A stretch of DNA of 64,000 nt from a virus. A program made the position numbers and the translations under genes. Within the stretch, counting starts at the first letter, position 1, and each line of letters opens with the position of its first letter. The notes under the pieces are model-generated. The model was given only the letters and a program-made list of their open reading frames with translations, searched no databases and was not told where the DNA came from. The stretch is taken from the IMG/VR virus record IMGVR_UViG_3300020601_000005; one strand, 5' to 3'. This document shows, in pieces, positions 1 through 10,816 of this stretch.

Positions 1-1284
1 AACTGGGAGTTCAACAATGGAACCCTGTTACTCGCTCAAGGTGGACAAAGTGTCAGGATGATTAAAAATGTTGGAGTGCTTAACAGTTATACTATAGATA
101 ATCCTAATGGTTATAATACTCCTAATAGTGATTACTTTGGATACTCGGTCGGAATATCTGGTAAATACGCTATCGTCGGTGCTTATTATGAAGATGATGC
201 TGGTGGCAGTGCTTCAGGTAAAGCATATATTTTAGATGTATCCACTGGAAATTTAATTTACACAATAGATAACCCAAATGCTTATGGTACAGGTGCTAAT
301 GATTACTTTGGATACTCAGTAGCAATATCTGGTAACTATGCTATCGTCGGTGCTTATTATGAAGATGATGCTGGTGGTACTGAGTCGGGTAAAGCATACA
401 TCTATAAAACCACTAACGGAACTTGGTCGGATACGATTCTACTCCATACACTAGATAACCCTAATCCTTATAGTACAAGTCAGTTTGAGCTTTTTGGTCG
501 AGAAGTTGCGATATCCGGTAACTATGCGATTGTTGGTGCGTATAATGAAGATGATGCTGGTGGCAGTTCTTCAGGCAAATCCTATATTTTTAATGTTACT
601 ACTGGTGCGCTAGTTCATACATTAGATAACCCAAATGCTTATGGTACAAGTGCTAGTGATCAATTTGGATTTTCTGTTGCAATATCTGGTAACTATGCTA
701 TTGCTGGTGCTCCGTATGAAGATGATGCTGATGGTACTGGTTCAGGTAAAGCCTATATCTTTGACGTATTAACTGGAGATCTAGTTCATACACTAGATAA
801 CCCAAATGCTTATGGTGGCAGCACTAATGACTACTTTGGTTACTCAGTAGCAATATCTGGTAACTATGCTATCGTCGGTGCTTTTTCAGAAGATCTTAAT
901 GGTACTACTTCAGGTGTGGCATATATCTTTGACGTAACAACTGGAATATTGCTTCATACATTAGATAATCCCAATTCTTATGATACAGGCGCCAGTGATT
1001 CCTTTGGATTTTCTGTTGCAATAGATGGTAATTATGCAGTTGTGTCAGCTAAATATGAAGATACTGCTAATGGTCTTTCAAACGGCTCTGCATATGTATT
1101 TGATGTTAGGACCGGAGAACTTCTTGGAAAGTTAGTAAACCCAACTAGCTTGAATGTTTCGGATACTGCAAACGGAATGCCGGTTGGAATATCAGGATCA
1201 TATGTTATTTCTGGACATTCACAGGGATATACCAACGGCGTTTCTAATTCAGGATATGTTCGCATTTGGGAGGCTAATTATTAA
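1..1284 (+). CDS. FG-GAP beta-propeller virion/adhesin protein, 5'-truncated by window edge
   Basis: Frame is open from position 1 (NWEFNNGTLLLAQGG...). About 7 repeats of LDNPNAYG-x-DYFGYSVAISGNYAIVGAY-EDDAGG-SGKAYIF. Confidence 0.8.
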   Translation, partial: NWEFNNGTLLLAQGGQSVRMIKNVGVLNSYTIDNPNGYNTPNSDYFGYSVGISGKYAIVGAYYEDDAGGSASGKAYILDVSTGNLIYTIDNPNAYGTGANDYFGYSVAISGNYAIVGAYYEDDAGGTESGKAYIYKTTNGTWSDTILLHTLDNPNPYSTSQFELFGREVAISGNYAIVGAYNEDDAGGSSSGKSYIFNVTTGALVHTLDNPNAYGTSASDQFGFSVAISGNYAIAGAPYEDDADGTGSGKAYIFDVLTGDLVHTLDNPNAYGGSTNDYFGYSVAISGNYAIVGAFSEDLNGTTSGVAYIFDVTTGILLHTLDNPNSYDTGASDSFGFSVAIDGNYAVVSAKYEDTANGLSNGSAYVFDVRTGELLGKLVNPTSLNVSDTANGMPVGISGSYVISGHSQGYTNGVSNSGYVRIWEANY

Positions 1285-1526
1285 TGGCGTTACTATCAAA
1301 AATTATATCAGATAAAGCATATGCTGCGGATGCGATAGACACGTCTGTCAATGGGTTAGTACCAGTCGGTACAGTCAATCTCTTGGCGGATTTGCCAATG
1401 TCGAATAATGAAGTTGGTGTAAAGATATTGGTGTTAGAAAACAATACAATATACCTCTGGGCTGGTAGAGGTATTAGTTATGGATGGTATCCTCTAGTAA
1501 TGCTTGAAGATGCTCCAATAACATAA
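1284..1526 (+). CDS. Small protein consisting of the fibre-array module B
   Basis: LPMSNNEVG...ENNTIYLWAG...GWY matches the LPLSGN...RLYIWNGTGWF segment of the five paralogues; TAATG overlap with the upstream gene. Confidence 0.65.
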   Translation: MALLSKIISDKAYAADAIDTSVNGLVPVGTVNLLADLPMSNNEVGVKILVLENNTIYLWAGRGISYGWYPLVMLEDAPIT

Positions 1527-1543
1527 ATCAAAATAATTTTGGT

Positions 1544-1551
1544 TATAAATA
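1544..1551 (+). promoter_or_regulatory. T4-type late promoter TATAAATA
   Basis: Exact gp55 consensus in an intergenic gap upstream of structural genes. Confidence 0.75.
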
Positions 1552-1582
1552 CTTATATCGATGAACACTGAGGGTTACTAAA

Positions 1583-1762
1583 ATGGCAACTATGGATTTT
1601 CCGGCATCTCCAATTGATGGAGATAGTCATATTCATGCTGGTAGAACATATCGTTATAACGCTACTAAGGGCGTCTGGGAATTACTATCAAACGAAAACA
1701 ATATAACAGATAAAATTGCGACCGAGAAAAAAGCTGTCGCATTTTCAATTGCATTATCATAA
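1583..1762 (+). CDS. 59-aa protein carrying fibre-array module A (not in ORF track)
   Basis: MATMDFPASPIDGDSHIHAGRTYRYNATKGVWELL...; same FPxxP..GD..GRTYxY...W motif that starts the fibre paralogues; follows a late promoter and GAGG. Confidence 0.75.
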   Translation: MATMDFPASPIDGDSHIHAGRTYRYNATKGVWELLSNENNITDKIATEKKAVAFSIALS

Positions 1763-1778
1763 TTGGAGTTATCAATAA

Positions 1779-4700
1779 ATGTCTAAACAATTAGCACATC
1801 ACTATACCATCAACGTTGACGATAACTCGGTAACGATCCCGCGGTATATCAATCAAGAAAGATTCCTTCTCATCACAGACGTAACAACTGGTGAGAACAT
1901 CTATAGTTTCGCAGATTCTTCAATTGGTATTGTTACTTGGTCATTCGATGAAGTTACAGAAGCAACTACTATTGTTCTTGCCGCAGACTTTGGAACGTAC
2001 AATGTAACTTCTGAAAGCAAGTTACAGATCTTCTATGATAAAGCTGGTCCTACCGAATTTGAACCGTCAGAGAGTATTCTAGATCCAGTTCATAAGATGC
2101 GCGTCTCTAATCCAGAGAACTTGATTGACACTGACTTCGAATACGGTCTACAACCTACTAAGTGGGAAACTCTAGAGACTTCTAATAACATTCCTTCCTT
2201 CTATACTGGTGACGGTGATGTCCCACTATCTGGCATCATGAGTGTTACTACTGTTGAGGGTTCTGAAGTTGTCACGGTATATACATCCGATGATCACGGT
2301 TTAGCGCAAGGCACTCCAATCGATATTCAAGGTGTATCGTCTAGAAGTGCTGAAGGTAAATTCCTAATTGCATCTACAACTGCAAACACATTCACATATA
2401 AGTCTAAAGCAGCACAAAATTATACTGGTAATATTGGTGGAATTTATACAACTATCACCCCAGGCGCTTTCTATCACGAATCTGGTATTCCATTCGATGT
2501 TGCAAGTGGACTACAGTCAGATGAGCAAGAACCATCTACGATTACCATTACCACACCAGCTCGTCATGGATTTGTAGAAGGAAGTAGTTTCTACCTTGTA
2601 AATACAGTAGGAACTAAGGCTACTGAAATAACAGATGTGACTACATCATCCGCTCCCGATGGAAATCCATACATCGATTTTGAAAACATTGTTACAACAA
2701 CTACGACGAACGATGCAACCTTGACAGAAACTCGTCAGGTAAGAAGTAGACACTTTTTAAAATTTACTGCATCATCTGTCGATATTTCCGCCAATACGAT
2801 TACTTGGCCAAATCATGGATTTAGAGCTAATGACTGTGTGTTATATGATCCCCCAGTAGGCGATTCTCCCATCGGCGGACTATCTAGATTTACAGTTTAT
2901 TATGTCATCGTAGTCGATTCAAATACGATCAGATTGACAGCAACTTCTGACGGCGCAGCCGTCGACTTTATTTCTACTGGAACATATGATTTTGGTAGAT
3001 CATCTTTGCATCTAGTATATGAAGTTCGTAGAATTTATATTCCATATAACGCATATTATTCACAATTTTCCCATGTAGCGAACGAGACTGGTGGCACTGG
3101 TAGCGGTTGGGATTTACGAGCGAATACTCCACTGGGCGGAAATACGTCACTTCTCACGTTAATGCCATTCACTACAAACAACGCCAGCCAATATTTAATG
3201 GTAAATAGATATGTCCAATGGCCAACTTCATACTGGATCGGCGGTTCTCCTAATTGGGGATATGGAATAGAATCTGATTCAGTTCCAATGAAGTATAACT
3301 TTATTGAAGATTTCAGTCGTTGGTCTACTCAAAACTGGGTTACTAATACTTCATACTGGTCTCAACAAACATATGGTTTATACTGGTACAACAAATACCG
3401 TTATGACGGAACCTATAACTTTAATCCACCAGCAGCTACAACTTTCTTGATACCACTAGTGTATGATGAAGAAGGCGAATCTATCTACATTGAAGATCAT
3501 GGATTGAAGAGTGGTGACACAGTCACATATAACGGAGCAACTTCAGGTTCGCCTATTCAGGCGCACGTTCCAGTCACTTCATATTCTGCTAATGCTTCTG
3601 TTAGTAATTTGCCTACAGGCACCTATATCGTAGATGTTTTATCAAAGGATAGATTTAAGTTTAGAGGTCGTCAATTATATTCAGTTACGGGTGTTCAGGA
3701 ATTCACATACGTCGGAGAGAAGAAGACTGCGAACTCATTCTACCTTCCCGATCATGGATACGTATCCAATCAACAACTTATAGTTTCAACTTCAGATGGA
3801 GGATCCCTTCCTACAACCACTACTGGAAACGTAGCCCCAATAGTAAATCCAAATACTGTTAATGCTTTACCACAGACTTTTAATGTCATTGACGATGCGA
3901 TTCAGTCATATTTTTCGGATAATTCTATTACTCCGTTTAATATGACTACGTATAGCGGCACTAGTGCAACCAATACGCTTATATTTGGTAATGGAGGTCT
4001 TCCAAATATCTTATCCAGTTATAACCTAACTACTGGAAACCACTATGCGGTTTATAGCAATACTGGATCAAGGGTTAACGCTAGTTTGAATTACTACAAT
4101 CCAGCGGTAATGAATTCAACAAGTCCTACAAATATTTTTACTGGGACTACTTATGAAAATAGATACCATATGGCGATGCAGACTGATTGGGCGCCTAATA
4201 TTTCTATTCCATATTATCTACTGGTCAGATCGACAGATTTTACTTCTGCGACAGAACGATATTATAATGTGTTCCAAGAGAATATTCAATGGAACTCTAT
4301 AAGTAATTATAGATATCTTTCTGCGGTTAGTAATACAACGTATGCCGTTCCTGGCGGAGCATCTTATAAGTATGCTGCAGTTGCGAATAATTTCTATTAC
4401 GGTACGCAGAGAGTGACACACTATAGATTGAAGTTTACCAAGTTAGGAGATACTACAAATTGGTATGACTCAACTGCCAATATGATTCCGATCACTTCGA
4501 GTAATAATAATACATACACGTATAGTTACTTTAACTCATATTGGCAAGGTAGAACCGTTGAACTATCTTTTCTCTTTGCGGTAGATAATATTAGTACATT
4601 TGATGATACGGCTTGGATTAATCCATTTACCCAATCTATATTAGCCGCATATGATACTAATATGGTATATCCGTCGTTGAATAACGGAGATTCGATTAAT

Positions 4701-7337
4701 GTTTCTTTGGTCAGTAATGATAGATTTAGAGTAACTAAGAATGGTATTTCCGTAGACCTGACTAACTCTGGGACTCAACCAATTACATTTACTACTGCAG
4801 CTCAGTTAGGTGTTGTTGATGGAATCTATCAGACTTCCGCTGTAGGTGATACTTCGATTGAAATACAGACTAACGCAGCAATCAATGGGCAGACAGCTGC
4901 TGTTGATGCATCTGCTATTAATGGTAGTGTGATTCCATTAGTGACTGGAACACATTCTTTCAGATCTGGAACCGCAGTGATATATGATAACGGCGGTAAT
5001 GCAGATATCGCAGAATTGACGAATGGAAATACATACTATGTCGTAGTAATCGATGACGAACATATTTCTGTTTCCGATGACGCTTCTGAAGCATCAAATG
5101 GGGCTGGAGGAATCACACTAACAGCTGGGACTGGAACTCATACATTCCGATCAACTAGTTTGGCTGGGGTTGTTCCTGCACAAGGAACAGTCGCCGTGAC
5201 CGTAGGTTCTAATATAATTAAAGGAACAGATACTTTATTCAAGAGATACTTTAAAGTCGGAGACACTATCTATGTCAAAGATAATAATGCTACTCCTGGA
5301 GGTATGTCTAGATTTGCAGTAACTGCCATTGCAGAAGATTCTACATTAACAGTTGATCAACCTCTGACATTCACATCAGCATCAACTTTACATTTTGTTG
5401 AGACTAAGGTATATACTAGACCAGATGGATATTCTTTACATAGACCGTTCGACGGTGGTGTTGAGATTGCAGCGGGAACCGCTCCTCTATCAAGAATTAC
5501 TCGCCAAACACGTAAGTACTTCCGATATCAGTCTGGTAAAGGTATTCAGACATCATTGGCGATCAACTTCAATCCTCCAGTGATCTTAGATACAATTTCA
5601 GCGACAGGTACTTTAGTGACTTGTACGACCAAGTATCCACATAGAATGTCTGACGGTCAATTGATAGAAATCAGTGGAGCGAGTGATGAATCATATAATG
5701 TACAACAGACGATCACGGTTGTAGACGATTCTACATTCACGATTACTCTAGACAATGCTCCGTCTGTTTCTAATCCATCAGGTATTATTCAATATAACCT
5801 ACGTGGATATTCTGATGCATATATCCGTGCTGGTATGTTCGATGATCAAAACGGATTCTTCTACGAATATAACGGACAAACTCTATACGCATGTAGGCGT
5901 TCTTCGACAACTCAGTTGAGCGGAACAGTAACAGTTGTAAAGGGTAGTGGTATTATCACTGGAACTAATACAAACTTCCGTGGTCAATTATCCGTCGGAG
6001 ATCAGATCGTTATTCGTGGTATGTCATATAAAGTCGTTTACATTGACGGAACTTCTACACTCAACGTTCAACCTCAATATCGTGGACTGAGTGCTTCCGG
6101 AGTCATCATCACCAAGACAGAAACTGTGAGAGTTCCACAAGAAGAGTGGAACGAAGATGTATGTGATGGAACTGGTCCAGAAGGATTCTTGTTAGACTTA
6201 GACAAGATTCAAATGGCGTACATGGATTATTCTTGGTATGGTGCTGGTAAATTGAGATTCGGTCTAAAAGATAGAAACGGTCATGTTCGTTACGTACATT
6301 CGTTCCTACATAATAACAGACTCGATGAAGCGTATATGCGTTCTGGTAACTTACCAGCCAAGTATGAAATTGAGAATGGATCTAATCCAACGTATGCACC
6401 AACACTATTCCACTGGGGAACTTCTGTTATTATGGATGGTAGGTTTGATGATGACAAAGCATATTTGTTCACCGCTCCTTCCAAGTCATTATCGTTCTCT
6501 AACGGAGATACTTTAACTGCTACCACAAATGCTAATAGTGCGCTAACATTCCAATATAATTACGCTCAAAGAAGGTATGATTGGTACTTAAGATTGTCTT
6601 TCCCAAGTACTGATGGATCTAAATTCTATACTGGATTGAAACTATACACCGTTTCTAACGAATTAGATGGTGAAGAGGTTGCATATACACAATATTCTGG
6701 CAGCAACGTTTATGTGTATATCTACCTAAGTACTTCTAGAAATCAACCAAGTTCTTATCCTAATGTTCCTACTTCAACTGCGGTTACACTTGGTTCTGCC
6801 GCTAGTTCAGATAGTAGCATTAACTTGGGAACTACCACGATTCCATTGGTTTCATTACGACTCTCTCCATCCGTCGACACTAACTTAAGTGGTGCATTGG
6901 GTGCTCGTGATATTATCAACCGTATGCAGTTGCAGTTGAATGAAGTAGGTTTGATCCTATCTCACGACTGTGAAGTTAAGTTGATTTTGAATGGCGATTT
7001 GAGTAATGTCAATTGGCAATCTGTCAAGAACCCGTCATTGTCTCAGTTGGTGGAACATGAACAAGGTGATTTGATCTCTGGTGGAACGGAAGTATTTTCA
7101 TTCCGAGCATCTGGAGGTACTATCGACAGTACTGGTAAACGTGGAACCTTGGCTACGAACTTCGCTCTTGGAGAAATTATCGACATGGGTAACAGTATCT
7201 TAGGTGGAGACGGAACCTATCCTAACGGACCAGACGTATTGACAGTCGCTGTTAAAGTTGTGGACACTGGTGGTATTAAATCCAGTAACCCATTCTCAAC
7301 CAGTGCTAGAATTACTTGGTCTGAGTCACAGGCTTAA
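1779..7337 (+). CDS. Large (1852 aa) virion structural protein, baseplate/fibre-associated
   Basis: Thr/Ser/Gly-rich beta protein with repeated HGL/HGF..GD.V.Y modules; N-terminal ERFLLITDVT..IYSFAD and RQTRKYFRYQSGKG segments typical of structural proteins of aquatic T4-like phages. Confidence 0.65.
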   Translation: MSKQLAHHYTINVDDNSVTIPRYINQERFLLITDVTTGENIYSFADSSIGIVTWSFDEVTEATTIVLAADFGTYNVTSESKLQIFYDKAGPTEFEPSESILDPVHKMRVSNPENLIDTDFEYGLQPTKWETLETSNNIPSFYTGDGDVPLSGIMSVTTVEGSEVVTVYTSDDHGLAQGTPIDIQGVSSRSAEGKFLIASTTANTFTYKSKAAQNYTGNIGGIYTTITPGAFYHESGIPFDVASGLQSDEQEPSTITITTPARHGFVEGSSFYLVNTVGTKATEITDVTTSSAPDGNPYIDFENIVTTTTTNDATLTETRQVRSRHFLKFTASSVDISANTITWPNHGFRANDCVLYDPPVGDSPIGGLSRFTVYYVIVVDSNTIRLTATSDGAAVDFISTGTYDFGRSSLHLVYEVRRIYIPYNAYYSQFSHVANETGGTGSGWDLRANTPLGGNTSLLTLMPFTTNNASQYLMVNRYVQWPTSYWIGGSPNWGYGIESDSVPMKYNFIEDFSRWSTQNWVTNTSYWSQQTYGLYWYNKYRYDGTYNFNPPAATTFLIPLVYDEEGESIYIEDHGLKSGDTVTYNGATSGSPIQAHVPVTSYSANASVSNLPTGTYIVDVLSKDRFKFRGRQLYSVTGVQEFTYVGEKKTANSFYLPDHGYVSNQQLIVSTSDGGSLPTTTTGNVAPIVNPNTVNALPQTFNVIDDAIQSYFSDNSITPFNMTTYSGTSATNTLIFGNGGLPNILSSYNLTTGNHYAVYSNTGSRVNASLNYYNPAVMNSTSPTNIFTGTTYENRYHMAMQTDWAPNISIPYYLLVRSTDFTSATERYYNVFQENIQWNSISNYRYLSAVSNTTYAVPGGASYKYAAVANNFYYGTQRVTHYRLKFTKLGDTTNWYDSTANMIPITSSNNNTYTYSYFNSYWQGRTVELSFLFAVDNISTFDDTAWINPFTQSILAAYDTNMVYPSLNNGDSINVSLVSNDRFRVTKNGISVDLTNSGTQPITFTTAAQLGVVDGIYQTSAVGDTSIEIQTNAAINGQTAAVDASAINGSVIPLVTGTHSFRSGTAVIYDNGGNADIAELTNGNTYYVVVIDDEHISVSDDASEASNGAGGITLTAGTGTHTFRSTSLAGVVPAQGTVAVTVGSNIIKGTDTLFKRYFKVGDTIYVKDNNATPGGMSRFAVTAIAEDSTLTVDQPLTFTSASTLHFVETKVYTRPDGYSLHRPFDGGVEIAAGTAPLSRITRQTRKYFRYQSGKGIQTSLAINFNPPVILDTISATGTLVTCTTKYPHRMSDGQLIEISGASDESYNVQQTITVVDDSTFTITLDNAPSVSNPSGIIQYNLRGYSDAYIRAGMFDDQNGFFYEYNGQTLYACRRSSTTQLSGTVTVVKGSGIITGTNTNFRGQLSVGDQIVIRGMSYKVVYIDGTSTLNVQPQYRGLSASGVIITKTETVRVPQEEWNEDVCDGTGPEGFLLDLDKIQMAYMDYSWYGAGKLRFGLKDRNGHVRYVHSFLHNNRLDEAYMRSGNLPAKYEIENGSNPTYAPTLFHWGTSVIMDGRFDDDKAYLFTAPSKSLSFSNGDTLTATTNANSALTFQYNYAQRRYDWYLRLSFPSTDGSKFYTGLKLYTVSNELDGEEVAYTQYSGSNVYVYIYLSTSRNQPSSYPNVPTSTAVTLGSAASSDSSINLGTTTIPLVSLRLSPSVDTNLSGALGARDIINRMQLQLNEVGLILSHDCEVKLILNGDLSNVNWQSVKNPSLSQLVEHEQGDLISGGTEVFSFRASGGTIDSTGKRGTLATNFALGEIIDMGNSILGGDGTYPNGPDVLTVAVKVVDTGGIKSSNPFSTSARITWSESQA

Positions 7338-7351
7338 AAGGGGAAATAAAG

Positions 7352-7831
7352 ATGGCATCAATTAACTTTCCATCTTCCCCAGCTGATGGGGATACATTTA
7401 CATATAGCGGTAAGACCTTCGAGTGGTCTGCCGCTAATGGAATTTGGTTTCGTAGACCAAATGGACCGATTCCAGCTATAGTGGCAGTAGACACTCCGGT
7501 ATTGTCCGGAGAGGTTTCTACTATAAACGAATTGGAAACCACAACGATCACCATTTCAAACTATGATCCTTTGGCTACATATTATGTATCTGTCACAGGA
7601 GGTACGTTTGTCAGAACAGAAGATTCTATTTCATGGACTCTTCCTGCAGCTGATAATGCCGACATAACGCATTCTATATACATATATGCAACACTACCTG
7701 GAGCTGGTATATCTTCAACCGCTCAGTATGATATTTTAGTATCAGACGTAGTTATAAATCTTCAAGCAGATACTGCTATTATCATAGGCGTATTTGGAAC
7801 CGACTCTTCTTCTATTGATTGGGAATTCTAA
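7352..7831 (+). CDS. Fibre accessory protein: module A plus Ig-like domain
   Basis: Starts NFPSSPADGDTFTYSGKTFEW...W, followed by a beta-rich domain. Confidence 0.6.
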   Translation: MASINFPSSPADGDTFTYSGKTFEWSAANGIWFRRPNGPIPAIVAVDTPVLSGEVSTINELETTTITISNYDPLATYYVSVTGGTFVRTEDSISWTLPAADNADITHSIYIYATLPGAGISSTAQYDILVSDVVINLQADTAIIIGVFGTDSSSIDWEF

Positions 7832-7832
7832 T

Positions 7833-10415
7833 ATGAGAGCACTTTCTAGAAATTCAAAATGGACAAGTAAAATATATTCACAGGAAGTCGGTGAAGGAAA
7901 TTGGGCATTAGCATCTCCGCAAATTGAAGCTAGACATCCTAGAATTATTCTAGATTCAGAATCATCTGCGACTGAGTTAGTTTCATATCAAAACCTTGAC
8001 GTACAGCCTGGTGATAAACTCTTAGTTAAGTTAAGTGACGGCGAATATCATGAAGTTACCGCAGAGTCGGTTGCTAAAAATAATCCTACCGGTGGAATTG
8101 AAATTACTAGACAAATAGATGACAATACATATTGGACTGTCACTGGCGAACAGGCAATTAATTTTAATTATCCAGGTCAGAGAATATTTAGTAATGATGG
8201 TACTAAGTTATGGTCGAACGCAACCGGCACTGGTCTTATTCAATATAATTTGAGTACTCCATTTGATGTTACTACTATGACTTCATCAGGAGTCAATTTA
8301 TCTGCACTAGATCAAGGGACCAATAATCATGGTTGGTTTTTTGCAGATAATGGTAGATATATTTTCATGGGAACTACTCTTTATCGGATGCATCGATATA
8401 CTTTATCTACACGTTATGATATTAGTACTGCATATAATTTAGTAACTCATACATGGAACAGTGGTTTTACATTTTCAGAATGGACTACTGGGGCTATTAG
8501 TGAAGATGGGCTAACAATGATGCTTTTTGAGCCTAACGGTGGATATAGTAAGTATACTATGCAAACTCCATTTGAAGTCACTTCCATGTCCATCGTTGAC
8601 TACGGAACAGTATCGTTAGTTAGTAATCAAACTACTTATACATACGCACATATTACGCCGAATGGTAAATATATGATGACTTATTATGATGACGTTGCCG
8701 CTGGTCCATATATTAAGTTAATAACGTTTTCACCACCATTCGATGTAACCAGCCCATCAGAAACCATACTATCTACCAGCACTTTTGGTGGGTTACTTGG
8801 GTCTACTAGCAATAACGGTTATTCTAGAGCAATATTTTCAGAAGACCTGCGTCATACGACATTGATGGGTGGTGTTGCTAATTCTTATAATAGGTTGGTA
8901 GACGTTTATACTAGACTAAACATTCCAACTAGAATTGATATATCAACTGCGGGACTAACCGAAGTTCCCTCAGAAGTTATTTTAATCAATGATCTGAAAG
9001 CGAATATTTCCTTTGCTAACGATGCATCAAGAGTATCTTCTATCACCGAACAATTATGGTTGGAGAATAGTACAGTCACCACTAGTTCCGCAGTCGTTGG
9101 TCACATAGAGTCTAATAAATTAGAAGTCGGTGATACTATAATCTTAAATGGATCGGACGAAGTTGTTTTGACTGGAGTTACTGAAACTCTAGATGGTCTT
9201 CCTTATATAAGCCTTGATGTGACAGATGGTAATAAATTATTAAATATCGCTAATGTAGGCTATGGAGGAGATCCGACCACTCTGGATGTTCATCAAGGAC
9301 CTTCTCCAAAAATGACGTTCTCTCCTGATGGAAAGAAACTGTTCGTTGCATTTAATTCCGAATCTTCTGGTGAACTATACAAGCATGGAATAGCTTGTTA
9401 TAATTTAGAAATTCCTTGGGATACTACCACAATGTCTCCAGATGCTAGGGGAGTTATACCTCCCACTCAGTTTGGATTCGCTAGTGTCTATATTGACATG
9501 CGTCAAACTTATGAGAAATTTCTAGGAATTCAATTTTCAGACGATGGTACACGAATGTTCACGTTCTTTTCCATTGGCGTTGTTGACATTCGAATTACTC
9601 AATCGGAGTTAATGGTTCCATGGGATCCATATACTATTAGTAGTACTTGGGCCTCGCCTGATATTACTAACTCAACCTATAGTTCCTTACGTAACGTTGA
9701 TATATATATCGATCAAGGAGGTACCTCATTAGTTATATTATTCCTTACAACAAGTACGTCTAGCTCTAACTTAGCAAATAGAGTCGCTCTTAGTATTTCT
9801 GCTTGGGACGTCACTTCGCTAACAGGTGATTGGACTGCATCAAGTGCAAACTTTAATTTTACCAGAAATGAAACTGCTGACGTTACTACTGCCTCATATC
9901 GAGGAGCATTTGAAAGGTTTAACTCGGATAAGAGTATCATAATCTTCTGTGGATCTGGAGGTACTTCTGACGGATTTGGTACTGGTTCGATGAAGGTGGT
10001 TAAAGATGATCCATCTGTGTTACTCGGGACATCGTTCCCAGCAGGAATTACTCTAGATGGAGATCCGGATGCAGTTATAACTGATGCGTATCTATCTGAT
10101 GATGGAACTAAATTCTTCGTTCTCACAATAGCTGGTGCATTATACGAATACCAGATTCGTGCAGAAACTTTACAAAAGTATGAGATCACTTTTGCCGCAC
10201 AAACAGTAGCGCCGACATCTATTCATGTCAAGGAGAGAACTATTCCAGTGACATTAACACCGACGCTAGTATCACTCAATGCCGGTGACGCTGATATTAC
10301 TTGGTCGTCTGATCCGATCGAACTCGATTCTAGAGCGCTCCAGATTCAGGTTGATGGTGCTGGTCCTTCCACAGAGATCTCGACAATTAGACTAGATCTA
10401 TTCACAGAACTTTAA
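7833..10415 (+). CDS. Tail fibre/adhesin with two beta-propeller regions
   Basis: Repeats FSxDG.K...Y.LSTPFDVTT / LSTRYDISTA / LEIPWDTTT / ISAWDVTS. ATG at 7833, just after the previous stop, is preferred to the tracked start at 7794. Confidence 0.65.
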   Translation: MRALSRNSKWTSKIYSQEVGEGNWALASPQIEARHPRIILDSESSATELVSYQNLDVQPGDKLLVKLSDGEYHEVTAESVAKNNPTGGIEITRQIDDNTYWTVTGEQAINFNYPGQRIFSNDGTKLWSNATGTGLIQYNLSTPFDVTTMTSSGVNLSALDQGTNNHGWFFADNGRYIFMGTTLYRMHRYTLSTRYDISTAYNLVTHTWNSGFTFSEWTTGAISEDGLTMMLFEPNGGYSKYTMQTPFEVTSMSIVDYGTVSLVSNQTTYTYAHITPNGKYMMTYYDDVAAGPYIKLITFSPPFDVTSPSETILSTSTFGGLLGSTSNNGYSRAIFSEDLRHTTLMGGVANSYNRLVDVYTRLNIPTRIDISTAGLTEVPSEVILINDLKANISFANDASRVSSITEQLWLENSTVTTSSAVVGHIESNKLEVGDTIILNGSDEVVLTGVTETLDGLPYISLDVTDGNKLLNIANVGYGGDPTTLDVHQGPSPKMTFSPDGKKLFVAFNSESSGELYKHGIACYNLEIPWDTTTMSPDARGVIPPTQFGFASVYIDMRQTYEKFLGIQFSDDGTRMFTFFSIGVVDIRITQSELMVPWDPYTISSTWASPDITNSTYSSLRNVDIYIDQGGTSLVILFLTTSTSSSNLANRVALSISAWDVTSLTGDWTASSANFNFTRNETADVTTASYRGAFERFNSDKSIIIFCGSGGTSDGFGTGSMKVVKDDPSVLLGTSFPAGITLDGDPDAVITDAYLSDDGTKFFVLTIAGALYEYQIRAETLQKYEITFAAQTVAPTSIHVKERTIPVTLTPTLVSLNAGDADITWSSDPIELDSRALQIQVDGAGPSTEISTIRLDLFTEL

Positions 10416-10427
10416 AAGAGATATTCT

Positions 10428-10811
10428 ATGTTACAAAAAGAACCTAAGTTAGTAGAACCTCAAGTATATAAGATCAATTCGGTATTCGTTAACGAGAAAC
10501 TGCCTTTACAGGGAAGTAAAGCTAAACGTGCCGAAAAGATTCATACGTCTACTGTTGCGGCGAATGATATGGTATTTGATGCTAATGAAGAAAGTATCAC
10601 CAGGATGGGATATTATCTAACAAATGCAGCAGCTAAATATACAAAGGCTCGTTCTAGTGGATCGACTGGTCCTAGTGCATATGCCGCTTGTTATACAAAC
10701 GCCATGGTCAATTGGAAACTTGCCAATAACGTTTCTGCAGAGATTTCTCTAGAGACCCTTGCAGAAGTTCATGATTTAGCTTTGTCTCAATTAATGTCTA
10801 ATTGGATCTAA
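10428..10811 (+). CDS. DUF4376-like tail-fibre-associated protein
   Basis: FDANEESITRM...NWKLANN...ISLETL pattern; lies directly after a fibre gene. Confidence 0.55.
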   Translation: MLQKEPKLVEPQVYKINSVFVNEKLPLQGSKAKRAEKIHTSTVAANDMVFDANEESITRMGYYLTNAAAKYTKARSSGSTGPSAYAACYTNAMVNWKLANNVSAEISLETLAEVHDLALSQLMSNWI

Positions 10812-10816
10812 TACAG

